61,169 nt of DNA, from assembly GCA_938091805.1 (NCBI GenBank), contig CALKGV010000027.1, positions 1 through 61,169 of the forward strand. The letters run 5' to 3'. Shown here piece by piece: positions 29,443 through 39,129 of the stretch (its first letter is position 1; the number at the start of each line of letters is the position of its first letter). The notes beneath the pieces were generated by a model. It worked only from the letters and a program-made list of their open reading frames with translations, had not been told where the DNA came from and made no database searches. The stretch comes from an uncultured archaeon. GTDB taxonomy: Archaea > Thermoproteota > Bathyarchaeia > Bathyarchaeales > DTEX01. The position numbers and the translations under genes are program-made.

Positions 29443-32400
29443 ATGCCTTACATTAAACGAATAGAAATAAATGGTTTCAAAACGTTTGGCTTAAAAACAA
29501 CGCTTACATTTGAAAGGGGCTTTACAGCTATAACTGGGCCGAATGGTAGCGGTAAAACAAACATAATTGACGCGGTTCTATTTTGCATGGGTGAGTTAAG
29601 CGCTAAGAGGCTTAGATCTGAGAGCTTCTCCAACCTCATATTCAACGGAGGCTCAAGCTCAAGCGTCAGGAAGAATGAGGCTAAGGTTGTAATTCAATTT
29701 GACAATTCGGACGGGCGTATACCGGTTGAAACAGCAACTGTCACCATATCGCGGGAAATTGACCGGAACGGTGAAAGCACCTATAGAATAAACGGAAGAA
29801 GGGTTCCTAGAAATCATCTGCTTGAGGTCCTCTCAATAGCCGGTATAAGCTCTTATGGACACAACATTATTCTTCAGGGCACACTTACACGTATGGCTGA
29901 GATCTCACCACAGGAACGAAGAAAAATAATTGAGGATATGCTTGGAATAGCGCAATACGACGCAGAAAAGGCTGAAGCTGAATCCAAGCTTAAAGAGGCT
30001 GATATAGCGATAAAAACCGCCTTAGGTCAGATAAGCGAGGTTCAGAAAAGGCTTGAGGATTTGGAAAGAGAGAGAAATAACCTCTTACGATATAACTTTC
30101 TTAGAAGAGAGATTAAATACCTTGAGGCTGTGAAAACCTCCTGGGAGATAAAAAGGTTAAGAGCTGAAGCGGAAAAGATATCGCGTGAGATAGCGGATCT
30201 TGAAGAAAAGAACAGGATAATTTTAGAGAACAGGGAGAATCTGAGGCTTAAACGCCGCGATATGGAAGGTGAACTGCGAAAGCTCGGTTTTGACGAGGTT
30301 GAGAAAAAGCAAGCCTGCATTTTAGAAATCCAGACGGACATAAGTAACCTTAAATCTAGACTTAGTGAGATAGCGTCTAGAGTGGGTTCTGGAAGAAGCA
30401 ATCTTGAGAGGCTTAAAAGGATTAGGGAGAGCCTTCAACAGCGGTATACTTCAGTGCTGAGGGAGATCGAGGAGACTGAGGAGAAGATTAAGCAGCTTGA
30501 CGCTGAGCAATCTAGACTTAGCGGGGAAATTAATGAGAAACAAGCCCTTTACGAATCCATAGTGCAGGAGCTTTCCAAGGTAGGATCATTATTTGAGGAG
30601 AAAGCTAAGAAAATTAATGACTTAGAAGATGAGCTAGGCAAAATCAGCAAAGAAAAAGTTTCGATAGAAGGTGAACATGCAAGGGCTCAGTCTAAAATAA
30701 ACGTTTTTGCGCAGAGATTGGAGGATCTAAAGGTGAAAAGGGACGAACTGAAAAATTCGTACGGAAGACTTCAAGAATCGCTGTCTAAGCTTCAAGAAAT
30801 AATGAACGCCCAGACGGGGCGGCTGAACAATCTTAAAGAATCTCTTGAAAGACGAGTTAAACGGAAAAGCCTTGTGGAGAGGGAGATTAAAGAGGCTGAG
30901 AAGGTCGCTGAGTACGCGAAGGGGGTGCTCATCGAGTTTGAGGCGCAAAAGAAGATGGCGAATAAAATCAAATCTGAGGAAAATGCACTAAAAAATATCG
31001 AAGACCTCGCCGCTATGGGCGTTATAACAGGTGTGCATGGGAGACTTAAAAATCTAATAAAGATAGAAAATGGCTATGAGCGGGCAATAGAAGCTGCGGC
31101 TTCCGGATGGCTTAACTCGCTTATTGTGGAAGATGTGAATGTTGCATTTACATGCATGGAAACATTAAAAAGGGTGAAGCTTGGAAGGGTGAAAATTATT
31201 CCCTTGAATAGTTTATCATTTAATAGTGATGTTAAAGTTCCTGAGATTGAGGGGATAGTTGGGAAAGCATCCTCATTTATAAAGTCTGAAAAACGTTACG
31301 AACAGGCGGTAAACTTTGTCTTCGGAGATACATTACTGGCTTTAAACGATGATGCTGCATTAAAGGTTTCAAAAGATGGTTTTAGGGCGGTTACTTTAAG
31401 CGGGGATCTATATGAAGCTGGTGGGGGTGTTGAAGGCGGCTACTACAGAGCTCCTATCGATCTTTCATCCTTCATACCCAGCGATGAAACTTTGAAAAAC
31501 CTGGAGCGAGCAGTTAAAGCTTTAAGGGGGCATCTTGAAAATAGGGAGAATATTGTTGCTGAAATAGAGAATGATATTGCTGAAACAAAAGTAGAATTAG
31601 TGAAGATCTCTGAGTCCATGGTTAAGCTTGAGAGTGAAGCTGAGCGGATTAAAAAGAGCATGATTCAAGTGGAATCAAGCATAAAGCAGGTTGAAAACAA
31701 CATATCTGACTTAATGAATCGCATAGAGAAGGAAAAAGCGCAAATAGCCCTCTTCGAATCGCGCCTTCAGGGGCTCAGCGAAATGGAGAAGTTGAAGAGA
31801 GAGGAGATGGAGCGCCTAAGAAGCGATGTCAATCTGCTAAAGGTTCATGACGCTGAGGCGCGGCGCGAATCAGTATCCAAGGAAATGATCCTTTTAAGGC
31901 AGAAATATAACCGAGTTGAATCCGAAATTTCAACTTTAAGATCTAAGTTGGAAAACGTTTTAAGGATCAATCTAAATGACTTGACAGCGCAGCTGGAGGA
32001 TGTGTCTGAACAGATTTCAGCCTTAGAGAATGATATTGCTGACGCATTGAGAGAGGATCAGGAGACCAGGGGAAGAATTGAGGAGCTGGAGAGGGCTAAA
32101 ATTGAAATCTCTAAATTGATTTTAAGAGATAAAAAAGAGGCGGAAAAGTTTACTTCGCAAATAGATGTCATAGACAATGATCTGCTGAAACTCGAGAAGA
32201 TATATGAGGAGGGGGTTAAAAAACTTAATGATTTAAAACTGAAGATCCAAACAATAAATCTCCAGCTAAACCAGCATATGGAGCGCCTTAAAACGCTGGG
32301 CTATGAATCTCCGCTGGATATTATGCAGGGCGCGCTTGAGGGTATTGATTCCCGGGTTGAATCTATGAAGATGGAAATCGACCGCATAGGCGCAGTTAAT

Positions 32401-32991
32401 CAGCTCGCCGACGCGCAGTATGTGGAACAAGCCTCAAGATATAAGGAGCTATCCGTGAGGTTAAATGAGTTAGAAAAGGAGAAGATGGCAATCGTAAAAT
32501 TCATTGAGGAGATTGAGCAGAAAAAATATAGAATTTTCATGGATGCCTTCAATAAAATAAATGAACGGATAGATAACTGCTTCTCTAGATTAACTGGCGG
32601 TGGAAACGCCTCTCTTAAGCTTGAGAACCCTGATAATCCCCTCGCTGGAGGGGTTGACATGGTTGTTCAATTTCCAAATAAGCCGCCCATTCTGATCAGT
32701 GGGGCAAGTAGCGGGGAAAGATCGGTTTCAGCGGTTGCATTCCTATTCGCCCTACAAGAGTTTTCACCCGCCTCATTCTACTTATTTGATGAAATAGACG
32801 CTCACTTAGATGCCTTCCATGTTGAAAGACTAGGCGAGCTCTTAGCTGAAGAAGCATCTAGGTCGCAGCTACAATTCATAGTTGTAACGCTAAAGCCCGA
32901 GATGATAAGTAAAGCCAGTAGAATATATGGCGTATATGGGCAGAATGGGATATCCCATGTAGTTTCAACAACATTTAAGGGTGTAGCGTAA
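29443..32991 (+). CDS. smc: Chromosome partition protein Smc
   Basis: Walker A GPNGSGKTN, long coiled coils, hinge (GVHGRL..GGGVEGG), Walker B FDEIDAHLD. Confidence 0.97.
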   Translation: MPYIKRIEINGFKTFGLKTTLTFERGFTAITGPNGSGKTNIIDAVLFCMGELSAKRLRSESFSNLIFNGGSSSSVRKNEAKVVIQFDNSDGRIPVETATVTISREIDRNGESTYRINGRRVPRNHLLEVLSIAGISSYGHNIILQGTLTRMAEISPQERRKIIEDMLGIAQYDAEKAEAESKLKEADIAIKTALGQISEVQKRLEDLERERNNLLRYNFLRREIKYLEAVKTSWEIKRLRAEAEKISREIADLEEKNRIILENRENLRLKRRDMEGELRKLGFDEVEKKQACILEIQTDISNLKSRLSEIASRVGSGRSNLERLKRIRESLQQRYTSVLREIEETEEKIKQLDAEQSRLSGEINEKQALYESIVQELSKVGSLFEEKAKKINDLEDELGKISKEKVSIEGEHARAQSKINVFAQRLEDLKVKRDELKNSYGRLQESLSKLQEIMNAQTGRLNNLKESLERRVKRKSLVEREIKEAEKVAEYAKGVLIEFEAQKKMANKIKSEENALKNIEDLAAMGVITGVHGRLKNLIKIENGYERAIEAAASGWLNSLIVEDVNVAFTCMETLKRVKLGRVKIIPLNSLSFNSDVKVPEIEGIVGKASSFIKSEKRYEQAVNFVFGDTLLALNDDAALKVSKDGFRAVTLSGDLYEAGGGVEGGYYRAPIDLSSFIPSDETLKNLERAVKALRGHLENRENIVAEIENDIAETKVELVKISESMVKLESEAERIKKSMIQVESSIKQVENNISDLMNRIEKEKAQIALFESRLQGLSEMEKLKREEMERLRSDVNLLKVHDAEARRESVSKEMILLRQKYNRVESEISTLRSKLENVLRINLNDLTAQLEDVSEQISALENDIADALREDQETRGRIEELERAKIEISKLILRDKKEAEKFTSQIDVIDNDLLKLEKIYEEGVKKLNDLKLKIQTINLQLNQHMERLKTLGYESPLDIMQGALEGIDSRVESMKMEIDRIGAVNQLADAQYVEQASRYKELSVRLNELEKEKMAIVKFIEEIEQKKYRIFMDAFNKINERIDNCFSRLTGGGNASLKLENPDNPLAGGVDMVVQFPNKPPILISGASSGERSVSAVAFLFALQEFSPASFYLFDEIDAHLDAFHVERLGELLAEEASRSQLQFIVVTLKPEMISKASRIYGVYGQNGISHVVSTTFKGVA

Positions 32992-32993
32992 TT

Positions 32994-33707
32994 ATGGAAA
33001 ATATGAAAAAGATGGAAAAAGAATCTGGCAAACCATTCTATTTGCATCCGCCCTGGGACATATTATTTAATTTAGAGAGGTTGCGGAAGATCAATCCATG
33101 GAATATAGACATAGCTTTCCTGCTTTCTTCCTTTCTTGAGGAAATGGAGCGGAGGGCAAGTGTGGATTTTAGAGCCTCCGGTGTAGCTCTTGACTCCTCA
33201 GCATCCATATACCTCATGAAATCTAACCTTCTCCTAAAACTTGAGGAGCCTCCGGAAGCTGAGTCGAGGCAGAGCGCCGTCGATTTTGTTCCCCCTCCCT
33301 TAATCCTTCCGTTACGCTATGAGCTAACCACGACAACGATTCAGAATCTTCTGGAAGCCCTAGATGAAGCCCTTAAAAGTGAGAATCTTCTCCCAATTAG
33401 GACACCTTCTAAACCAATACTGCCTCCGCCAGAAATTATGCCTACTATAAGCATGTATCTAATGGAGATTGAGAAGGAAATAGAGAGATTAACCAGCAAA
33501 ATGCTTATCTTATCTAGAAGAGGTGAAATTTTATCATTCTCAAAGCTAGCTGAAGGTTTAGCGAAAATTGAAATAATAAAAGTGTTTCTAATTCTTCTTT
33601 TCATGGCGCATAAAGGTAGAATAACCCTGTGGCAGCAAGAAGATCTGGGCGAAATATATATAACGCTTAATGGAGCTGGAGCGGTCAGGATTGAAGGCGA
33701 TGGCTAA
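32994..33707 (+). CDS. scpA: Segregation and condensation protein A (kleisin)
   Basis: INPWNIDI, FLILLFMA..G.I.LWQ; follows smc. Confidence 0.88.
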   Translation: MENMKKMEKESGKPFYLHPPWDILFNLERLRKINPWNIDIAFLLSSFLEEMERRASVDFRASGVALDSSASIYLMKSNLLLKLEEPPEAESRQSAVDFVPPPLILPLRYELTTTTIQNLLEALDEALKSENLLPIRTPSKPILPPPEIMPTISMYLMEIEKEIERLTSKMLILSRRGEILSFSKLAEGLAKIEIIKVFLILLFMAHKGRITLWQQEDLGEIYITLNGAGAVRIEGDG

Positions 33708-34344
33708 TAATAGCGTCCTTAGCGCTCAAATAATCCAAGGGAAAAGAAAAAGGGCAAGTAGGGAGGATGTGGAAACAAAATTAAGGCTTATAGAGGCAGC
33801 GTTGTATGTTGCCGGCCGACCACTGGATTTGAAGACTTTATGCAGCATAGTTAACTCACGCTCTGAGAGAAAAGTTCAAAAGCTTACTAGAATGCTGATT
33901 GAGGAATATAAAAAACGCAACACCGCCCTGGAAATACTTGAACTTGAGGATAATAGATTTGTTCTGCAACTTAAAAATGAGTGTTCAGACAGGGTTAGGA
34001 GACTTGCCATTAGACCTTTGCTTACAGATGGACCGTTAAGAACACTATCGTATATAGCCTATAGGCAACCGATCGCCCAGAAGCAGGTTATTGAAGTTAG
34101 AGGTAAACACGCCTATAGACATATAAGCGAACTTGTGGAAATGGATCTGATAAGTCGGGAAAGAAACGGCAGAGATTTCATTTTAAGAACCACCGATTAC
34201 TTTGCCGATTACTTCGGTTTGAGCCGTAACGTTCAAACCATGAAGCGCCAGCTAAAAAGAATCTTTGATAGAAGGGGGGAGGAAAAGTTGCCGGCCGATG
34301 GCGCTGCTAGAATGCAGGGGCAACAAAGTGAAACCTTAAAGTAA
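33700..34344 (+). CDS. scpB: Segregation and condensation protein B
   Basis: IEAALYVAGRPL, TLSYIAYRQPI, TTDYFADYFGL. Confidence 0.93.
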   Translation: MANNSVLSAQIIQGKRKRASREDVETKLRLIEAALYVAGRPLDLKTLCSIVNSRSERKVQKLTRMLIEEYKKRNTALEILELEDNRFVLQLKNECSDRVRRLAIRPLLTDGPLRTLSYIAYRQPIAQKQVIEVRGKHAYRHISELVEMDLISRERNGRDFILRTTDYFADYFGLSRNVQTMKRQLKRIFDRRGEEKLPADGAARMQGQQSETLK

Positions 34345-34374
34345 TTGCGGCACTTCTCCAGAGGCGAAAACCTT

Positions 34375-35808
34375 ATGGACAGCTTCATCGCGGTTTTTGA
34401 TGTAGGGAAATCTAATAAAAAATTCCTAGTGTTTTCCGAAAACTTGGAGCCCATCTACTCGGAGTCGGTAAGGATAGATGAAATAAGGATTAATAGCTTG
34501 ATATGTGATGATGCTGAGTCGATGCTCTCTTGGATGCGGGCTAAATTAGCAGATGCTGATGAAAAGTGGCCTATTAAAGCATTGGCCGTAACAACGTTCG
34601 GCGCCACAATTGCTAATCTGAAAAGCGGCTTTTTAAGATTGCCAATAATATCTTACAATCAAGATGTTGAAGAGCAAATTAAGGAAAAATTTTACGCTGA
34701 ATTTGGGAGTCCCCTTGAACTTTATATGTTGACCGGTACACCGCCATACGGTCAACTCTTAAACGCCGGGATACAGATATTTTGGATTAGAGAGAAGTTT
34801 CCGGAAATATTTAATGATGTAGATGAAATCCTATTTCTGCCGCAGTACCTCACATATGCGCTTACTGGCTTAAAGTCCAGTGAGGTTACGAGCCTAGGTT
34901 GCCATACATACCTATACGACATAACTAGGAGGGGATGGAGCTCAGTTGCTGAGGGACTTAGGGTTAATGCTAGGTCGCCAAAGATATTTGATGTCTGGAG
35001 CCCTATAGGCGAGTTTAAATTTAAGTCTTCAAATTTGCTTGTGACACCCGGCATACATGACTCAAACGCATGTCTACTGCCCTATATCGCCAAGGGAGGA
35101 GATTTCCTCTTGGCTTCAACCGGCACATGGTGCGTGTTTATGTGCCCAATGGAAGATTTCAGGCCTAAACGTGAGGATCTGTACAGGGACGTCCTATATT
35201 ACGTTGATGCCTATGGCAGACCAGTCAGATCCTCAAGATTTAAGGGAGGCTTCGAATACGATTACTACAAAACAATTATAGAAAATAAATTCTCAATAAA
35301 GCCTGAGAACATGAACTTAGATATGAACGTTCTAAAGGGAATTTTAAGACGCAAAGATATTATAACACCTGGTCTAGTAGAAGGTTCCGGCCAATTTCAA
35401 AATTCAAAGGCAAGGATAATTGGTGAGGCGTTCCGCATAGGTGCGAAGGAAGCCTACCACTTGCTTAATCTATATTTGGCAGTAGAATCCTATGTTGCAA
35501 TAAACTTGGTGACTGGAAAAAGAGATGTCGACATAATAGTCCAGGGGGGTTTCGCTAAAAACAACATATATCTCGCGACTCTATCAGCACTTTTTCCAGA
35601 AAGCAAGATTCTAAGAGCAACATTTCCTGAGGCAACCGGTTTAGGGGCGGCATTATGTGCTAAATGCGCTTTAGAGGGGATTAAGCCACATGAGATAGCT
35701 AAAGATCTGCTGCTAATTGGTGAGGAGGTTCCTAAGCCGCCGCTGGACATGGATGATCTTAGAGAATATTTGGAAGCCTTCATTAACGAGGCATCTTTCA
35801 GCCGCTAA
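34375..35808 (+). CDS. FGGY-family carbohydrate kinase
   Basis: VFDVGKSNKK, GIHDSNA, STGTW, QGGFAKN, ATGLGAA. Confidence 0.85.
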   Translation: MDSFIAVFDVGKSNKKFLVFSENLEPIYSESVRIDEIRINSLICDDAESMLSWMRAKLADADEKWPIKALAVTTFGATIANLKSGFLRLPIISYNQDVEEQIKEKFYAEFGSPLELYMLTGTPPYGQLLNAGIQIFWIREKFPEIFNDVDEILFLPQYLTYALTGLKSSEVTSLGCHTYLYDITRRGWSSVAEGLRVNARSPKIFDVWSPIGEFKFKSSNLLVTPGIHDSNACLLPYIAKGGDFLLASTGTWCVFMCPMEDFRPKREDLYRDVLYYVDAYGRPVRSSRFKGGFEYDYYKTIIENKFSIKPENMNLDMNVLKGILRRKDIITPGLVEGSGQFQNSKARIIGEAFRIGAKEAYHLLNLYLAVESYVAINLVTGKRDVDIIVQGGFAKNNIYLATLSALFPESKILRATFPEATGLGAALCAKCALEGIKPHEIAKDLLLIGEEVPKPPLDMDDLREYLEAFINEASFSR

Positions 35809-35865
35809 ACTTATATTAACCTAAGATGTCTCTTAAATCCTCAAGAATATGAGAGGAGAATACTG

Positions 35866-36261
35866 ATGTCCGTGTGGCATGGTGATCTGCATAAAAAGAA
35901 GCCAAGTGGAGGGAAGAGAAGGCCGTATAGGGGAAAAAGAAAGTACGAAATGGGCTCATTTCCAACAGAGACAACCTTAGGGGAACATGTAACTAAGGCA
36001 AGCCGGAGAAAAGGTGGAAACGTAAAAGTTAGATTGGTGAGCGCAAAATGGGTGAACGTTTCAAACCCTGAGACCGGGGAAACAAAGAAGGTTGAAATTC
36101 TTAGGGTTGTGAAAAATCCAGCTAATGTGGATTATGATAGGAGAGGCGTAATAACGAGGGGTTGCATCGTAGAGACCCCGCTGGGAACAGCCCGCGTAAC
36201 ATCAAGACCAGGTCAATATGGCATTTTAAACGCGGTGTTAATCAGTAAGAGGGAAGAGTAG
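35866..36261 (+). CDS. rps8e: 30S ribosomal protein S8e
   Basis: KKPSGGK..RKYEMG, GGNVKVRL, VTSRPGQYG. Confidence 0.97.
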   Translation: MSVWHGDLHKKKPSGGKRRPYRGKRKYEMGSFPTETTLGEHVTKASRRKGGNVKVRLVSAKWVNVSNPETGETKKVEILRVVKNPANVDYDRRGVITRGCIVETPLGTARVTSRPGQYGILNAVLISKREE

Positions 36262-36268
36262 CCTGAGG

Positions 36269-36565
36269 ATGCGGAGAAAAAACGAGGTAGTGCTCTGGAC
36301 TGTTTACTTTGATTCTTCGAGGAGCAGAAGCGCAGGGAGGCGTTTACCTAAAAATCTCAGCGTGCCCTCGCCGAACATAGAGATGCTGGAAAAGGCCGTA
36401 GAAAATCTTGGCCTAAAATATGAGGTTTTTCCAGAAGCAGCATATTCACGTCGCCCATGGGTTAAATCAGGTTTTATAATAGCGGAAAAAGGGAAAAGAA
36501 GTAAAAATAAAATTCTTAAAGATGTTGCAACTGAGATGATTAAAATTTCTAAGGGTTCAGCGTAA
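36269..36565 (+). CDS. srp19: Signal recognition particle protein Srp19
   Basis: LWTVYFDSSRSRSAGRRLPK..P. Confidence 0.92.
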   Translation: MRRKNEVVLWTVYFDSSRSRSAGRRLPKNLSVPSPNIEMLEKAVENLGLKYEVFPEAAYSRRPWVKSGFIIAEKGKRSKNKILKDVATEMIKISKGSA

Positions 36566-36633
36566 GGTTCCCTAAGAAATGCTTAAATAATTGATTGAGT
36601 TCATTTTTTTATCCATCTTTTTGGTGTAGGAAT

Positions 36634-36900
36634 ATGAGTTTGAAGAAGATCGGTCAAATTCTGTATGCTGGCCCCGGCAACAAAGCTATTGCCAAGGTCG
36701 AGGTTCCTCCAGATCTCGGCGCAACAGTTTTCGACATCAGAAAAAAACCAATAGGCGTGGTTCTCGATGTTTTTGGACCCGTAAGTTCACCCTACATTGA
36801 AGTTGAAGTTAAAAGGCAGGATCCGAGGAAGGTCATTAATTATCAAATTTTTGCTCTTCCAAAATCTAAGCATATTAAGGTTAAGGGGAAGAATAAATGA
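36634..36900 (+). CDS. gar1: H/ACA RNP protein Gar1
   Basis: GATVFD..IGVVLDVFGPVSSPYI; conserved position upstream of tfb. Confidence 0.88.
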   Translation: MSLKKIGQILYAGPGNKAIAKVEVPPDLGATVFDIRKKPIGVVLDVFGPVSSPYIEVEVKRQDPRKVINYQIFALPKSKHIKVKGKNK

Positions 36901-37844
36901 GCGAAGATGAGGAACGCTCTCTTCCCCCCGGCTTTAAGGACATTCAACGTTGTCCAGAGTGCGGCAGCGTAAGGCTGGCTCTGGACTACGAATCTGCAGA
37001 AATAGTTTGTATGGATTGCGGCTACGTCATAGATATGAAAATAGCTGATCAAGGGCCGGAATGGCGTGCCTTCGACAATGAGCAAAGGGATAAACGATCT
37101 AGGGTTGGTGCGCCGGTAACATTTACAATGCATGATAAGGGCTTATTTACGATGATTGATTGGCATGACAGGGATGCTTTCGGCAAAAAGTTTGATGCTG
37201 GGCAGAAAGCTCAGATATATAGGCTTAGGAAGTGGCAGAGGCGGATAAGGGTTTCAGATGCTATGGAAAGAAACTTGGCTTTTGCGCTCTCGGAGATCGC
37301 AAAAATAATTAACAATTTATCGTTGCCTAAAAGCATATTTGAAACAAGTTCTATAATCTATAGAAAGGCAGTTAAGGAACACTTGATCCGCGGCAGATCG
37401 ATTCAAGGCATAAGCGCAGCCTCAGTATATATTGCATGTAGACAATGTAACCTGCCGAGGACCCTTGACGAGATAGCGGCTGCGGCAAACATAAATAAGA
37501 GGGAGGTTGGTCGAAGCTATAGATTCCTCGTTAAGGAGCTTAATCTCTCCATACCGCCGCTTAAAGCAAGCCACTACATATCAAAATTCTCAAATCAACT
37601 TGTGATGCAGGGGAAGGTTGAGGAGATCGCAAATAAAATTTTGAGAGCTGCATCTGAGCTCAAGCTAACCTCTGGCAGAGGACCAACTGGCATAGCTGCT
37701 GCAGCGAGTTACGTGGCTTCGGTTATAGTTGGTGAAAAACGAACGCAAAGAGAGATAGCTGAAACAGCAAAAGTAACCGAGGTGACGATAAGGAATAGGT
37801 ATAAGGAGATTGTTGAGCGGCTGATGTTTATCGTAACACTTTAG
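36897..37844 (+). CDS. tfb: Transcription initiation factor TFB
   Basis: CPECG..CMDCG Zn ribbon, GPEWRAF, two cyclin repeats, VTEVTIRNRYKE. Confidence 0.98.
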   Translation: MSEDEERSLPPGFKDIQRCPECGSVRLALDYESAEIVCMDCGYVIDMKIADQGPEWRAFDNEQRDKRSRVGAPVTFTMHDKGLFTMIDWHDRDAFGKKFDAGQKAQIYRLRKWQRRIRVSDAMERNLAFALSEIAKIINNLSLPKSIFETSSIIYRKAVKEHLIRGRSIQGISAASVYIACRQCNLPRTLDEIAAAANINKREVGRSYRFLVKELNLSIPPLKASHYISKFSNQLVMQGKVEEIANKILRAASELKLTSGRGPTGIAAAASYVASVIVGEKRTQREIAETAKVTEVTIRNRYKEIVERLMFIVTL

Positions 37845-38062
37845 TCAAAATTAACGCTCATCCGGGAAAATGGGTCTTCTGAAGATGAGGCTGAAATAAT
37901 CTCGTTTCAGGAATATCCTCTTGGTCGAAGTTATCTAATCCCTCCACTGTTTCACTGCGCATACGTTTATAACATTTAAATCGTTACAGATTAGGGTAAA
38001 TCCCTGGATGAGGGAAGAAGAAACTTGAGACGTTTTTCGATTACTGGACTATAGAGTATGGA

Positions 38063-38719
38063 GTGCTTGATAGATTGAGAGAATCAAACGGCCTAGACAT
38101 GATCGTTGAAATTATTGAGCGGCTTAAGAATAGCGAGGTTAAGGATTTAGTTTATGTCAGAATTAAAGAGTTTAGGGAGAACATGAATAAACCTATTTCT
38201 GAAATCTTTAAGGAGCTTTGTTTCTGTCTATTAACTGCAAACTTCAGTGCAGAGAGAAGCCTTAAAATTCAATCTGAAATAGGAGATGGCTTCTTAACCC
38301 TTCCAGAGGACGAATTGGCATGTAAGCTTGAGATGTTTGGGCATCGTTTTCCTCAGTCAAGAGCCAAATATATCGTTGAAGCAAGAAAAATGCTCGATCG
38401 GTTAAGAAATGTTCTACGTTCATCTGCGAGCAGCTGGGCAATAAGAGATTGGCTGGTTAAAAATGTTAAGGGCTTGGGCTATAAAGAGGCAAGCCACTTC
38501 CTCAGAAACATCGGCTTCATGGATCTGGCCATTGTGGATTTTCACATAGTTAATCTTTTATCTAGGTATGGATTAATTGTTAAGCCGAAGGTTCTGACGG
38601 CGAAGAAATATTTTGAAATTGAAAGGGTTCTTAAGAAGATAGCGGAAAAGGTTGGGCTTGATCTAGGGGTCCTGGATCTATACCTTTGGTATATGGAGAC
38701 GGGAAAAGTTCTTAAATAG
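38063..38719 (+). CDS. ogg: 8-oxoguanine N-glycosylase/DNA lyase
   Basis: ELCFCLLTAN, VKGLGYKEASHFLRNIG, AIVDFH, LDLYLWY..TGKVLK; alternative start 38099. Confidence 0.93.
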   Translation: MLDRLRESNGLDMIVEIIERLKNSEVKDLVYVRIKEFRENMNKPISEIFKELCFCLLTANFSAERSLKIQSEIGDGFLTLPEDELACKLEMFGHRFPQSRAKYIVEARKMLDRLRNVLRSSASSWAIRDWLVKNVKGLGYKEASHFLRNIGFMDLAIVDFHIVNLLSRYGLIVKPKVLTAKKYFEIERVLKKIAEKVGLDLGVLDLYLWYMETGKVLK

Positions 38720-38934
38720 GCCTTTTAAATACCGAAAAAGAATGATTTTTATTCCCATATAAGTTTAAATTTTTTTTAAAGAGCACATATTGACGAAAGA
38801 ACGGTAAAAGTTGAACTAATTGAGAAAAAATTGATTTTTCAAATCCTTTTTAATGTTTTTCTTCCGTATTTTTCCCCGGAATTTTTGGCAAAAATTTATT
38901 TGATTGTTATATTCTTCTCATGTGGGTGAACCCC

Positions 38935-39057
38935 ATGTCAAAGAGAAAGACCCCGCCAAAGGAGGAAGAGGAAGAAGAGGAAGAGTGGGAAGAAGAGTGG
39001 GGCGAAGAGGACTGGGAAGAAGAGGAAGAGTGGGAAGAAGAGGAAGAAGAGTGGTAA
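38935..39057 (+). CDS. Small acidic Glu/Trp-repeat peptide (40 aa)
   Basis: MSKRKTPPKEEEEEEEEWEEEWGEEDWEEEEEWEEEEEEW*; GGTGA RBS at 38925-29; mixed GAA/GAG codons; below the ORF-track length cutoff. Confidence 0.7.
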   Translation: MSKRKTPPKEEEEEEEEWEEEWGEEDWEEEEEWEEEEEEW

Positions 39058-39129
39058 GCCCCATCTTTAGCTTCCCAGCATTAACTGTAATAACCCCTAT
39101 TTTTACTAATTTTTAAGAATCAGCTTCTT

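Noticed and set aside
38960..39055. Purine-rich repeats as a CRISPR array or microsatellite
   Set aside because: No constant repeat with unique spacers; the variation follows codon structure.
38904..39116. 70-aa Arg/Gly-rich ORF (GRRGR repeats), protamine-like
   Set aside because: It is the shifted frame of the GAA/GAG/TGG repeat. The Glu/Trp frame has the ATG, the RBS, synonymous third-position variation and a stop right after the repeat.
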